From: Promethearchaeota archaeon
GTDB lineage: Archaea > Asgardarchaeota > Hermodarchaeia > Hermodarchaeales > Hermodarchaeaceae
Reading direction: 5' to 3'
Length of the DNA: 64,000 bases
NCBI GenBank assembly: GCA_048939245.1
Contig: JBHLPR010000004.1
Coordinates: 1-64,000, forward strand
In this document: piece after piece, positions 54,667 through 64,000 of the stretch
How positions within the stretch are numbered: the first letter of the stretch is position 1
How the letters are laid out: every line of letters begins with the position of its first letter
The notes under the pieces: generated by a model
What the model was told of the DNA's origin: nothing
The model's input: only the letters and a program-made list of their open reading frames with translations
The model's database searches: none
Position numbers and translations under genes: made by a program

Positions 54667-57336
54667 TTATTCGTTTCCTTCGATTATGTCCTGAGCCACA
54701 TATTGTTCGGGGTTTGCATCGAAGGTCGCTTGGCAATGGGATGAGCAGAAGAAGTATCGGTGTCCTTTGAAATCACTGTGTAAAGCTGTGGATGTGTCAA
54801 CTATCATTTTGCATATGGGATCTCTAGCTCGGTCTGATTTTGGTGATGTGATCGCTTGAATCTTGAGGTGTTCATCTGCGATTGGTAGCGGTTTGAATCG
54901 TTGTAGAAGTAGCGCATTTGTTACGACACTTACACTAGACATTGCCATTGCTAGTGCAGCCCACTCTGGACGAAGGTTTACTAATGGATAGAGTATACCT
55001 GCTGCGATAGGCAGAAGAATAATATTATAGATTAAAGCCCAAAAGAATCCCTGTCGAATTTTTGTAACTGTCTTTTTGCCCAGTTGTATCGCGGTAACTA
55101 CATCGAGAAGATTATCACGAACAAGGACAATATCACCTGTTTCTACAGATACATCAGTGCCTGATCCAAGAGCGATTCCCACATCTGCCTGGGCTAGAGC
55201 GGGTGCATCGTTGATGCCATCACCAGCCATAGCTACAATGTGGTTCTTTCTTTGAAGATTTTTAATTTCTTGAGTTTTGTCCCCAGGAAGGACTTCTGCG
55301 ATTACTTCAGAAATGCCGACTTCGCGTCCAATGGCTTCAGCTGTGCGTTGCTTATCTCCTGTCAGCATGACAACTTGAATACCCATCTTTTGTAGAAGTT
55401 CTACTGCAAGGGCAGAATGTGGTTTGAGAGTATCAGCTATGGCAATCAACGCAAGGAGCTTTCCGTCTTTGGCAGCAAAAATTGTGGTTTTTCCTTCTTT
55501 TTGCAATTGTGCCAGATGGGGTTCCAATTCACCAATGTCAACATCGTTTTCACGCATGTATGTATCATTGCCTACATCAATGGTAAATCCAGAAATCAAG
55601 GCTTTGACACCTTTTCCAGTAATAGAATCGAAGTCATCGATTTCTAAGAATTGAATTTTATTTGCCTCAGCATATTGTACGATGGCGTTAGCTAACGGAT
55701 GTTCACTGTATTTTTCAGCCGTTGCAATTAAGGTAAGGGCTTCTGAAGAGCCAATATCCCCAGCGGGAATGATATCGGTGACAATGGGTTTTCCAGTGGT
55801 TAATGTTCCAGTTTTATCAAACACCATTCTATCCACTTGAGGAATGACTTCTAAGCCCTCTCCTCTTTTAATCAAAATACCAAGTTGTGCTCCGCGACCA
55901 ATACCCACCATGAGTGCAGCAGGTGTCGCCAGTCCTAGAGCACAAGGGCAAGCAGCAACTAAGACGGCAATTGAAAAGCCTAAAGCTGTGACCCAAGTGA
56001 GTCCTGGATACCACGGTGTGAACATGATTAGGACAAACCAGATGCTAAACACAACAAGGGATAGGAGGATGATGAAGGGAACGAATTTCTCTGCGATAGC
56101 GTCTGCTTTTCGCTGAATTGGTGGTTTATGAGTTTGAGCTTCTTCAACCATGTTAATTATTTGGGCAAGTACGGTATCTGATCCGACCTTCGTTGCTTCA
56201 ATCACCAGTATTCCAGTTTCATTGATTGTACCACCGACAACCGCGTCATCCACTTTCTTACTCACTGGAATTGATTCACCAGTAATCATTGATTCGTTGA
56301 CCGATGATTGCCCTTCAACAACATAGCCATCAACAGGAATTTGTGCACCAGGGCGTACAAGAAGTTGATCCGCTACTTCAACTTCATCTGTTGGGATGAT
56401 GAGTTCTTCGCCATCTCGGAGAACGACTGCAGTGTTTGGTTGAAGATCCATTAGAGCACGGATTGCTTGAGAGGTTCGGCCTTTCGCAATCGCCTCTAGT
56501 GTTCGACCCAAGAGAATGAAAGCAAGTAACATAGCTGCAGAACCATAGAATACTTCTTGACCTGGTAGAATGAATGTTGCCACAACTGAATAGAAATAGG
56601 CCACACTGGTACCAAGCATAATAAGGGTATCCATATTGGTTTTGCCATGTCTGGCTGCATTTAGAGCTGATTTGTAAAACGGATACCCTCCATAGAATTG
56701 GACAGGGGTAGTCAGGAGTAATAAGACGACGGCAGGTGTTATCCCAGGAGGAAGAAAAGGAGCAACAAACGCCGAAAAGAAGGATATTAACACAATGGGA
56801 ATAGTGAAACCAACCGCAAAGGCCAGCCGCCATGAATAGTGTCGGATTTCTTGTTTCCGAGTCATGGCTTCACGATCAATACTGGTGTCCATTTCAGCGA
56901 CCACATCAAAACCAATCCCATTCAGTGTATCTCGCATCATTTTTAGAGTTACAAGTTCCTCGTCATATTCAACAACTACACGCCCTGACATTGAGTGTTC
57001 AACAACTGAAAGCACTCCAGGAATGGCTTCAATGGTCTTAGTAATATATGACCACTCATCTGATCGAGGGGTTGGTGAGAGGGTCAGGGTCATTTTAGCT
57101 CGTTTTGGAGTATACCCCGTTGATGCTATGGCATGTTCTAATTCCGTACGAGTAACCTGAGTAGGTTCATAATCTATAGTTGCCTTTTTTTCTAACAGAT
57201 TGACAGAAGCTTTTGCGACTCCTTGTTGTTGGAGCAGCGCCTTCTCAATCGTAGCTACACAAGTGGCACAATGCATCCCTTCGATTCGTAATGACATTCG
57301 TTCGGTGTTGGCTTTTTTGTCCTGTTGTTCATTCAT
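54667..57336 (-). CDS. copA: Copper-translocating P1B-ATPase with N-terminal HMA domains and C-terminal YHS
   Basis: [57 protein letters not shown]. Confidence 0.96.
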   Translation of the reverse strand: MNEQQDKKANTERMSLRIEGMHCATCVATIEKALLQQQGVAKASVNLLEKKATIDYEPTQVTRTELEHAIASTGYTPKRAKMTLTLSPTPRSDEWSYITKTIEAIPGVLSVVEHSMSGRVVVEYDEELVTLKMMRDTLNGIGFDVVAEMDTSIDREAMTRKQEIRHYSWRLAFAVGFTIPIVLISFFSAFVAPFLPPGITPAVVLLLLTTPVQFYGGYPFYKSALNAARHGKTNMDTLIMLGTSVAYFYSVVATFILPGQEVFYGSAAMLLAFILLGRTLEAIAKGRTSQAIRALMDLQPNTAVVLRDGEELIIPTDEVEVADQLLVRPGAQIPVDGYVVEGQSSVNESMITGESIPVSKKVDDAVVGGTINETGILVIEATKVGSDTVLAQIINMVEEAQTHKPPIQRKADAIAEKFVPFIILLSLVVFSIWFVLIMFTPWYPGLTWVTALGFSIAVLVAACPCALGLATPAALMVGIGRGAQLGILIKRGEGLEVIPQVDRMVFDKTGTLTTGKPIVTDIIPAGDIGSSEALTLIATAEKYSEHPLANAIVQYAEANKIQFLEIDDFDSITGKGVKALISGFTIDVGNDTYMRENDVDIGELEPHLAQLQKEGKTTIFAAKDGKLLALIAIADTLKPHSALAVELLQKMGIQVVMLTGDKQRTAEAIGREVGISEVIAEVLPGDKTQEIKNLQRKNHIVAMAGDGINDAPALAQADVGIALGSGTDVSVETGDIVLVRDNLLDVVTAIQLGKKTVTKIRQGFFWALIYNIILLPIAAGILYPLVNLRPEWAALAMAMSSVSVVTNALLLQRFKPLPIADEHLKIQAITSPKSDRARDPICKMIVDTSTALHSDFKGHRYFFCSSHCQATFDANPEQYVAQDIIEGNE

Positions 57337-57351
57337 TCAGTATCACCACCA

Positions 57352-57810
57352 TCATTTCCCCACGGAATTGGTTTCTTGTGTCCGATATGCGGCAGCGCAA
57401 TGACGACAACAAAATGCTAGCTGCTTTCCCTCAATTTCCTCAACGTGAGCACCTTCGTAGACTTTACATCCACAACTTGCACACACCTGGAGATTCGATT
57501 CAAAAGCAGCAGCAGTAATTGAGGCGAAACGATCAAGGAGTTGGTTAACTGAACGGCGCCCTTTACGAGTGAGACAATATTCCCGGCGGGGACGCTTTCC
57601 CACAGGCTTATCTTCACAGGTGACGATTCCCTCCTTTTCGAGCTGTTGTAGGAAAGGGTAAAGAGTGCCTGCGCTGAGTGATCGCCCCGTCCTATTATCA
57701 TATTTTCTGATGATGCCATATCCATGGCTAGGTCCTTCATTGAGCACGAGAAGGATATAGAATTTCGCGAGATTGTCCAGAACTGCATCTAGGGGTTTCT
57801 CCGTCATCAT
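57352..57810 (-). CDS. PadR-family regulator with C-terminal TRASH/YHS-like metal-binding domain
   Basis: HGYGI, GTLYPFL, RREYCLT; CASCG...FCCRHC. Confidence 0.88.
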   Translation of the reverse strand: MMTEKPLDAVLDNLAKFYILLVLNEGPSHGYGIIRKYDNRTGRSLSAGTLYPFLQQLEKEGIVTCEDKPVGKRPRREYCLTRKGRRSVNQLLDRFASITAAAFESNLQVCASCGCKVYEGAHVEEIEGKQLAFCCRHCAAAYRTQETNSVGK

Positions 57811-57841
57811 TAGCACCAGAAAATTTTATGTGACGAAATAG

Positions 57842-57861
57842 ATATATCCAATCCGATATAT
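57842..57861. promoter_or_regulatory. Probable PadR operator between divergent padR and YHS genes
   Basis: ATATATC-N6-GATATAT. Confidence 0.5.
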
Positions 57862-57917
57862 TAATATAATGCAGCAACATATGTCACCCAAACCCAACGA
57901 ATCAAGGAGGAAAAACT

Positions 57918-58061
57918 ATGGCAATTGATCCAATATGTAAAATGAAAGTTAACGAACGAACTGCTAAATGGACTTCTAAATTTAGAGGAAAAACATACTA
58001 CTTCTGTGCACCTGGATGCAAAGCTGAATTTGATAAGAATCCAGAGAAGTATGCATCCTAG
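57918..58061 (+). CDS. YHS/TRASH domain metallochaperone (47 aa, below ORF-track cutoff)
   Basis: MAIDPICKMKV...YYFCAPGCKAEFDKNPEKYAS; AGGAGG SD. Confidence 0.92.
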   Translation: MAIDPICKMKVNERTAKWTSKFRGKTYYFCAPGCKAEFDKNPEKYAS

Positions 58062-58084
58062 GAGTCGTGCCACCTTCTCTTTCT

Positions 58085-59521
58085 TTATGTTTGCTCTATT
58101 GGAAGAAGGATCCGAAAAGCGGCGCCTTGTTCAGAAGGTCCAGTGACAAGTTCGATTGCGCCGCTATACGCTTCAAGAACCCGTTTGCAGAGATTTAATC
58201 CTAATCCACCACCAGTGGTGGTGGTGCCACGTTGGAAGAGCCTAGCGTGCAGTTTTTTTGGAATACCGGGACCATTATCCTTCACATCGATTTGAACCTG
58301 TTGTCCTTTTTTACTGATTTTGACGTTAATGATTGGGTTAGAACCAGCATATTGGGCAGAATTTCGAAAGAGGTTAACAAAAACCATGGGAAGCAAACGG
58401 CCACTGGTTACCTGCACACGCTTAGTTTTTTCAGAGGCCTTGACTTTGATTGTTATATGCTTGTGGGTTTTCATTGCTTGTTTTGCTACACGCTGAATTA
58501 GGGCAAAAATTTCTTTTTCAGCTTCCTTTTCTGGGCGTCCGAAAACGTCGAGTAAGCGCGTCATCCGATCTGCGGCAGCTCGAGTAGCTTCGATAAACTC
58601 ACTAAGTTCGGAATCCTCTGGAGTCATCATTTTCGCCACCTCGGATGTACTGAAAATTACTTGCAGATCATTGCCAAGATCATGTCTTAAAAGCGACGCA
58701 TAGAGTTCAAGGTCACGATTTGTGTTTTTTAATTCAATTTCAGCGAGCTTGCGATCATGAATATCTCGAACTATCGAGAAGAGAGCAACGATTTCACCGT
58801 CATGAAAGACCTGTTTACTTCGCACTTCACCCCAAACATGTGACCCACCCTTGGTGACAAAAGGATATTCAACGGGACCTAACACTTCACCTGAAAACAA
58901 GCGTTTGGTATTTTCGAGAGCTTGTGGAAGATACTCAGGAGGGAGTAGACCTAAACTGGGATAGAATTTGCCTTTCAGCTCATCAGGAGGGTAGCCTAAA
59001 TGGGTTTCGATTGAGGGGGAGACATCTATGATATTTAGATCCTTGTCAAAATATAGTAAAACATCAGTGAGGTTTTCAAAAAAGAATCTGTAACGTTCTT
59101 CGCTCTCCGCTAGCGCTAGTTGAGCATGTTTTCGATCGGTTATGTCTTCAAGAGTACCTTCGTAATAGATTACCTTCCCCTGGGAATTTCGAATAGCTCG
59201 ACTACTGAGTAGCACCCAAATAAATCGACTGTCGAGTCGTCGAAATTGGGCTTCAAAACCAACGATTATATCCTCCTCAGCAACCTTCCGTTCCCATCTT
59301 CGTCGGGCAGTTGGATCAACGTAAAACGATGAAGCCTTTCTTTTCAAGAGTGCCTTTTTGTTAGGAAACCCCAACATTTTGACCAAAGCGGGATTTGCAT
59401 CGAGAATTTCTCCCGCCCCAGGTTTAGTCCGGAACAGACCAACCGGAACACTTTCAAAAAGATGGCGATAATCAGCTTCGGCTTTTTTCAATTTAGTAAT
59501 TTCACTTTTGGTGGCTGGCAT
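58085..59521 (-). CDS. Cytoplasmic PAS-PAS sensor histidine kinase
   Basis: Two PAS S-boxes, RHDLGN H-box, NLFRNS, DNGPG, GGGLGL. Confidence 0.93.
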   Translation of the reverse strand: MPATKSEITKLKKAEADYRHLFESVPVGLFRTKPGAGEILDANPALVKMLGFPNKKALLKRKASSFYVDPTARRRWERKVAEEDIIVGFEAQFRRLDSRFIWVLLSSRAIRNSQGKVIYYEGTLEDITDRKHAQLALAESEERYRFFFENLTDVLLYFDKDLNIIDVSPSIETHLGYPPDELKGKFYPSLGLLPPEYLPQALENTKRLFSGEVLGPVEYPFVTKGGSHVWGEVRSKQVFHDGEIVALFSIVRDIHDRKLAEIELKNTNRDLELYASLLRHDLGNDLQVIFSTSEVAKMMTPEDSELSEFIEATRAAADRMTRLLDVFGRPEKEAEKEIFALIQRVAKQAMKTHKHITIKVKASEKTKRVQVTSGRLLPMVFVNLFRNSAQYAGSNPIINVKISKKGQQVQIDVKDNGPGIPKKLHARLFQRGTTTTGGGLGLNLCKRVLEAYSGAIELVTGPSEQGAAFRILLPIEQT

Positions 59522-59682
59522 GGTGGTCCACCCATAATCGTCGACATATAGAGAAGTGACTGTTTCCCCAACCTCTTCTCATTTGTAAATCTAGAAAAAT
59601 GGAATAAGTGTCTTTCGTTCTGCTAATCTACTATTCTCCCTTAATTGCGAAAAGGGGAGAGCCGTTGAAATGAGCTTTGGGT

Positions 59683-60579
59683 CTAATCGAGAAGGGATTT
59701 CAGGTGGAGTTTGTGTTTTCCGAGTTTACCTTCGAAGTTAACGGCGGTGACCCGAACTAAACCAGGGGCCTTCACAGCCGCCTGTAAGGCCGCACGCATG
59801 CCGTCTTGCACAGTATTCTTGCTCAGACCGTTGAGTACAATCTCGAGGACACAATTCACATCGGAGGGAACAAGGGAATTGGGGACATGTTCCCGGAGCG
59901 TAGGACAAAGCCGCACATTCGTTGAGGCGGCTAGAAAATCGTATTTGGAACCTACTTGGCTTCCGCTGCGACAGATTCCACCGGGGAAGGGAGCCACACA
60001 CCCATCGACAGTATGAATTGCGTCAACGGCGTCTTCAGCGGCTTTTAACGTAGCCTTGGGGCTCTTACCCATCAGAATCAGGTTTCCACCACCGACTCCT
60101 TTCTTGATCCCAAATTTCTCTTCGATCACGAACTCTCCTTCGATAACAGGAATCCGCCAAGCAAGTAGTTTATCTCCTACACGCTTTCTGTCTTCAAAGC
60201 CATCACCAAAATAACGGAGCTGATTTCCAACATCAACCCATTCTTCAGGATCATCCAAGGCGTTGTAAACATTTGTGGTTGGACACGTGAGAATGCATTG
60301 TCCTGTTCGTTTCCGAAGCTGTTTTGCTAAATCTTTCGACTTCATAGCAGCAAAGAGCAGTGTAATCCCGTGTCGCTTATCTGGCGTCTCAGTCTTGGGA
60401 ATCACTCGGTCGATTCCTGCTTCAACTTTACATTCAATTACTGATGTGGCAAATCCAGCTGCAGATAAAGCGCAGGTCTTCGCCCATTTCGCCGTTTCCG
60501 CAGTCATCAGAATACGGGCAACTTGCATATCGAAGGCTTCAGCGAAGGTGTCTTCGATTTCTACTCCATTCAGTTCCAT
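59683..60579 (-). CDS. ftr: Formylmethanofuran-H4MPT N-formyltransferase
   Basis: IEDTFAEAF, GQCILTCPT, RYFGDG, GVGGGN, PFPGGICRSGS, NFEGKLG. Confidence 0.97.
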   Translation of the reverse strand: MELNGVEIEDTFAEAFDMQVARILMTAETAKWAKTCALSAAGFATSVIECKVEAGIDRVIPKTETPDKRHGITLLFAAMKSKDLAKQLRKRTGQCILTCPTTNVYNALDDPEEWVDVGNQLRYFGDGFEDRKRVGDKLLAWRIPVIEGEFVIEEKFGIKKGVGGGNLILMGKSPKATLKAAEDAVDAIHTVDGCVAPFPGGICRSGSQVGSKYDFLAASTNVRLCPTLREHVPNSLVPSDVNCVLEIVLNGLSKNTVQDGMRAALQAAVKAPGLVRVTAVNFEGKLGKHKLHLKSLLD

Positions 60580-60731
60580 TGATTAAACCCCGATTAGTCG
60601 TAAAGAGTTAGTAGGAGCAATAATAACATTACCATCCAACGGAAATTTATTTTAGTGTTTCACTACTCGCTTATTTAGAAGAGAGACCTAGAGCCTTTAT
60701 TGCTGTTATTTGGTCTGAGACTCTGCTTGGG

Positions 60732-61071
60732 TTAGGTTTCATTTAGATTTTCCATCGCATGTTCTATGACCTTAACCAAAGTTTCGTATGGAATCTCATC
60801 CGTAATTTTGAAGTTAATACTTGCCTGTTGTTATTCCTGGATGCTTTGCTTTAAACAGCGCTATGTGACCGGTATTATTTGTGTATACTAAGACGCCACC
60901 TTTCCTATAACCTAAGGCAACCCACCCCGATTCAACCTTGTAAGTCGGTATTTTGTATGATAATCGGGCTTGAGCATTCGGATAGAGCCGCATTATCACT
61001 GCTTGGAACCTTTCGAAAGGCGTTTTTCGTTCATCCACCACTTCATCAATATATCTTTGAATTTCGTCCAT
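60732..61071 (-). pseudogene. DUF1801/YdhG-family gene with a frameshift
   Basis: Frame stops at TTGKY* (60814). The expected C-terminus SINFKITDEIPYETLVKVIEHAME..* continues in another frame to 60732. Confidence 0.75.
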
Positions 61072-61211
61072 CGCTTTCCAATCTCCTTTTCTCGTTTCAT
61101 CGTTGCTTATTTATGGATAATGATAAATAACCTAAATCCGTTTATGGTAGTTCCACGAATGGCGATTATCCTTTCAAAAGACAAAATAACGTGAATGGAG
61201 CAATTATAAAG

Positions 61212-62105
61212 ATGGCTGCAGCGAAACTCATTCTCCGACCACTCATCAAAACCACAGAAAAGATTCCTCTTGATTTGAGCACCGTTTCACCAGATACGGT
61301 AGCTGGCAAGACGCTTGCTAAAATTGAGAAGATTAAAATTTGGCATGGAAACCGAAGGACTACACTCGACAAATTCTTTGAAGTATCTGGAAAACCAGCA
61401 AAGATCGCTGATAAAACGATTATAGTCGTTGAAGGAACCATTTCACAGGTTCGCCATTTTGGACAGGATATGACCGCGGGATCCATTATCATTAAGGGTG
61501 ACGCGGGAATGCATCTAGGCGCCCGAATGAAAGGGGGAACTATAGAGGTCAAAGGGAATGCAGATCATTGGCTTGGTGCAGAAATGTCTGGCGGGACAAT
61601 TCGGGTAGTAGGAAATGTCGGTGACAAGGCTGGGTCAGCCTATCTCGGCAGTAAATATGGCATGAATGGAGGAAATCTGTATGTCAAAGGGAACGCAGGA
61701 CATGAATTGGGAATGGGAATGCGCCGAGGGATAATCGTGGTTGATGGCGACACAGCATCCTATACTGGAACGCGAATGCTTGCGGGAACGATTATTATTC
61801 GGGGTCAATTAGGTGATCGCGCAGGGGCTGATATGCGATATAAAGGAACAATAATCGCTCTGGGCAAAGCGAAACCACCGATGCCTACACACCTATTCAA
61901 CGGCGAATATTCGGATATGGTCTTTCTCCGGCTCCTCATGGATGCTATTGAAAAGGAGATTCCAGGTGTCACATTCACTGAAAATGAGCGAGTGGGTCCG
62001 TACCTTCGATTTACTGGCGATTTTGGATCGGGTGGCCGGGGCGAGCTTCTTTTCTTCAAGTCAGTAAATAATCATATTCTGAAGGTCGGAAAGAATGGTG
62101 GTTAA
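61212..62105 (+). CDS. fwdC: Formylmethanofuran dehydrogenase subunit C
   Basis: GxxMxxG beta-helix repeats, AYLGSKYGMNGG, GMRRG, FTGD..GRGEL. Confidence 0.95.
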   Translation: MAAAKLILRPLIKTTEKIPLDLSTVSPDTVAGKTLAKIEKIKIWHGNRRTTLDKFFEVSGKPAKIADKTIIVVEGTISQVRHFGQDMTAGSIIIKGDAGMHLGARMKGGTIEVKGNADHWLGAEMSGGTIRVVGNVGDKAGSAYLGSKYGMNGGNLYVKGNAGHELGMGMRRGIIVVDGDTASYTGTRMLAGTIIIRGQLGDRAGADMRYKGTIIALGKAKPPMPTHLFNGEYSDMVFLRLLMDAIEKEIPGVTFTENERVGPYLRFTGDFGSGGRGELLFFKSVNNHILKVGKNGG

Positions 62106-63072
62106 AACAAAACCTAGTGTCAACAAGCTTGCTATGCCCCTTGTGAAACAGCTTATTGCTAAAAAAGACGTACTTCGCATCAACGTCCATCAAACCAAGG
62201 GCAAAGCAACCATCATTGATTGTGGTATAGATGCTCCTGGAAGCCTTGAAGCAGGCCGCCTCCTGGCAGAAATCTGCATGGGTGGATTGGGATCTGTTGA
62301 AATTGCCACAACTAGTATCGGCGGATCCACCTTCCCTGCAGCTCGTGTTTCTAGTGACCACGCAGCCCTCGCGTGCATTGGGTCCCAGGCAGCCGGATGG
62401 AATGTCAAGGTTGAAGGGTTCTTTGCTTTAGGGTCGGGTCCAGCGCGGGCCAGTTCTCGCGTTGAAAACAAGCTTTTTGATAAACTTGGCTACCACGACA
62501 AACACAAAGAAGCTGTACTTGTGTTAGAAACCCGAACACTCCCTAATCCTGCAGTATGCGAACATGTTGCTAAAGCCTGTAAAATCGATGAAAAAGATCT
62601 CTATCTCCTCGTCGCGCCTACTGCCAGTATTGCTGGTTCTGTTCAAATTGCCGCACGTATTGTCGAAACTGGCATTCATAAACTCAAAATTTTAGGATAC
62701 GACTTCCGGAAGGTCCTTAGCGGAATCGGATCATGTCCGATTGTTCCTGTTGCCAGGAAAGACATGCGGGCAATGGGAATAACGAATGATGCAATCCTAA
62801 TGATGGGTGAAACGTTCCTTTTCATTCAGTCCACAGAAGGTGATGGTTTAGATGAACTTATTCAACAAGCACCATCCTCAACTTCATCAGATTACGGGAA
62901 ACCCTTCCACCGAATTTTTAAAGATGCCGAAGGGAATTTCTACAAAATAGATAAAATGCTCTTTGCACCAGCGCATATGACAGTCAATGATCTCCGCACA
63001 GGTCTATTCCACATCGCGGGGCAACTTGATCCGAAGCTTTTCCTTAAAGCTCTAGAATTTACCCTTAAATGA
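62095..63072 (+). CDS. mch: Methenyltetrahydromethanopterin cyclohydrolase
   Basis: SVNK, ICMGGLG, GSQAAGW, GSGPARA, VAPTASIAGSVQIAARIVETG, TNDAI, FYKID..LFAPA. Confidence 0.97.
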   Translation: MVVKTKPSVNKLAMPLVKQLIAKKDVLRINVHQTKGKATIIDCGIDAPGSLEAGRLLAEICMGGLGSVEIATTSIGGSTFPAARVSSDHAALACIGSQAAGWNVKVEGFFALGSGPARASSRVENKLFDKLGYHDKHKEAVLVLETRTLPNPAVCEHVAKACKIDEKDLYLLVAPTASIAGSVQIAARIVETGIHKLKILGYDFRKVLSGIGSCPIVPVARKDMRAMGITNDAILMMGETFLFIQSTEGDGLDELIQQAPSSTSSDYGKPFHRIFKDAEGNFYKIDKMLFAPAHMTVNDLRTGLFHIAGQLDPKLFLKALEFTLK

Positions 63073-63150
63073 CAGCATATCTCTTTGGCAAAAGCCTAAA
63101 ATCAGAAGACCCATCCGTTAAGAGATACAGATATTCATGGAGGTTTTCTT

Positions 63151-63504
63151 GTGAAGAAAGGCATTGCACCAGATGAAGTGGCTGAACTCTTCTACAGATA
63201 CTTAGTTGAACAAAATAAAGAAAAATGGTTGTTGACCTTCCGTAAATACCACCAAGAGCGAGCTAATCAGTATGGGTCATCTCCTGATTTATACTGGCGG
63301 GCAGGGCAGAAAATGCAGCGTGACTATGGTTATACTTACAAACGAGTACCTGAAAAAGATACACAGCTTGATGAGAACCGGTGGAAGTTCTTTTTCCAAC
63401 GATATAAACCGGATGGCGAAAAAAGTGCTAGCCCAGCCCCCATCACAATCATTCGAGACGAAGATTTAGACGGCGAATGGCGAGTTGATGTAGCCACAGT
63501 CTGA
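63151..63504 (+). CDS. Hypothetical protein
   Basis: GGAGG SD; 117 aa ending EWRV, compatible with an NTF2-like topology. Confidence 0.65.
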   Translation: MKKGIAPDEVAELFYRYLVEQNKEKWLLTFRKYHQERANQYGSSPDLYWRAGQKMQRDYGYTYKRVPEKDTQLDENRWKFFFQRYKPDGEKSASPAPITIIRDEDLDGEWRVDVATV

Positions 63505-63626
63505 GCTACCTAGGACTTCATCGGAATTAAGGACAGGGGTTTTGAATCTGGTTTACAAAGAAAAGAGTATACAATAATTTGTCCATATCAAAGGCAATTA
63601 CGACAAACCTAACAGAAGGAAGAAGG

Positions 63627-64000
63627 TTGACAGAACAAAAAGCAATTACAACCGATCGGGCAAAAACTGAAGCAGTGAATGAGATTATGAAAACTCTGTC
63701 AACTAGTTCAAAAGGCCTTTCTTCAGAGGAGGCTTCCAAACGGATCGAGATTTTTGGTGCCAATGAAATAGTGGAAAGGAAAAAAAATTCTCTTCTAAAA
63801 TTCTTGAGCTACTTCTGGGGCCCTATCCCATGGATGATTGAAGCTGCCGCAATCTTGTCTGCTCTAATTCAACACTGGGAAGATTTTGTAGTCATTCTGT
63901 TCATGTTGATGATTAATGCAATAGTCGGATTTTGGCAAGAAAAGAAAGCAGATGACACTATCGAACTTTTAAAACAGAAATTGGCAACTCAAGCACGAGT
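63627..64000 (+). CDS. Plasma-membrane-type H+-efflux P3A ATPase (5' part only)
   Basis: GLSSEEASKRIEIFGANEI, KFLSYFWGPIPWMIEAAAILS, HWEDF, INAIVGFWQE. Runs off the window. Confidence 0.88.
   Translation, partial: MTEQKAITTDRAKTEAVNEIMKTLSTSSKGLSSEEASKRIEIFGANEIVERKKNSLLKFLSYFWGPIPWMIEAAAILSALIQHWEDFVVILFMLMINAIVGFWQEKKADDTIELLKQKLATQAR

Noticed and set aside
1-64000. CRISPR arrays, transposases, integrases, rRNA/tRNA, and the many short overlapping track ORFs
   Set aside because: No spaced direct repeats or recognisable motifs were found by eye. The short ORFs are shadows of well-supported genes.

Overview
A gene-dense archaeal chromosome segment, most likely from an Asgard archaeon. The evidence is a two-domain gelsolin, a longin+winged-helix protein resembling NPRL2, an IFT52/GIFT-like protein and CDC48; the exact lineage cannot be fixed from sequence alone. 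The backbone is tetrahydromethanopterin/F420 one-carbon metabolism (fwdD, fwdB, fwdA, fwdC, ftr, mch, mptN-like, cofE, mobA) spread over about 46 kb. It is interleaved with a 2-oxoacid:ferredoxin oxidoreductase operon, a thiamine-related cluster, serine dehydratase, a copper locus, a K+-independent H+-PPase and a partial P3A H+-ATPase. No rRNA, tRNA, CRISPR array or transposase was seen. The strongest candidates for undescribed systems are: (1) a two-gene small-protein operon with a ~190-nt nested, Y-tipped 5' leader RNA and a structured 3' region, divergent from one of three paralogous ~470-aa double-HTH regulators; (2) a membrane-anchored ChlD-like AAA+/VWA gene with stacked -1 slippery heptamers and an immediate -1-frame stop exactly at the AAA/TM boundary, suggesting two proteins from one gene; (3) an ECF transporter whose S component and partner glycoprotein carry Cys-less molybdopterin-oxidoreductase-like domains, a possible Moco/pterin importer. 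All family assignments come from motif recognition by eye, not database searches.
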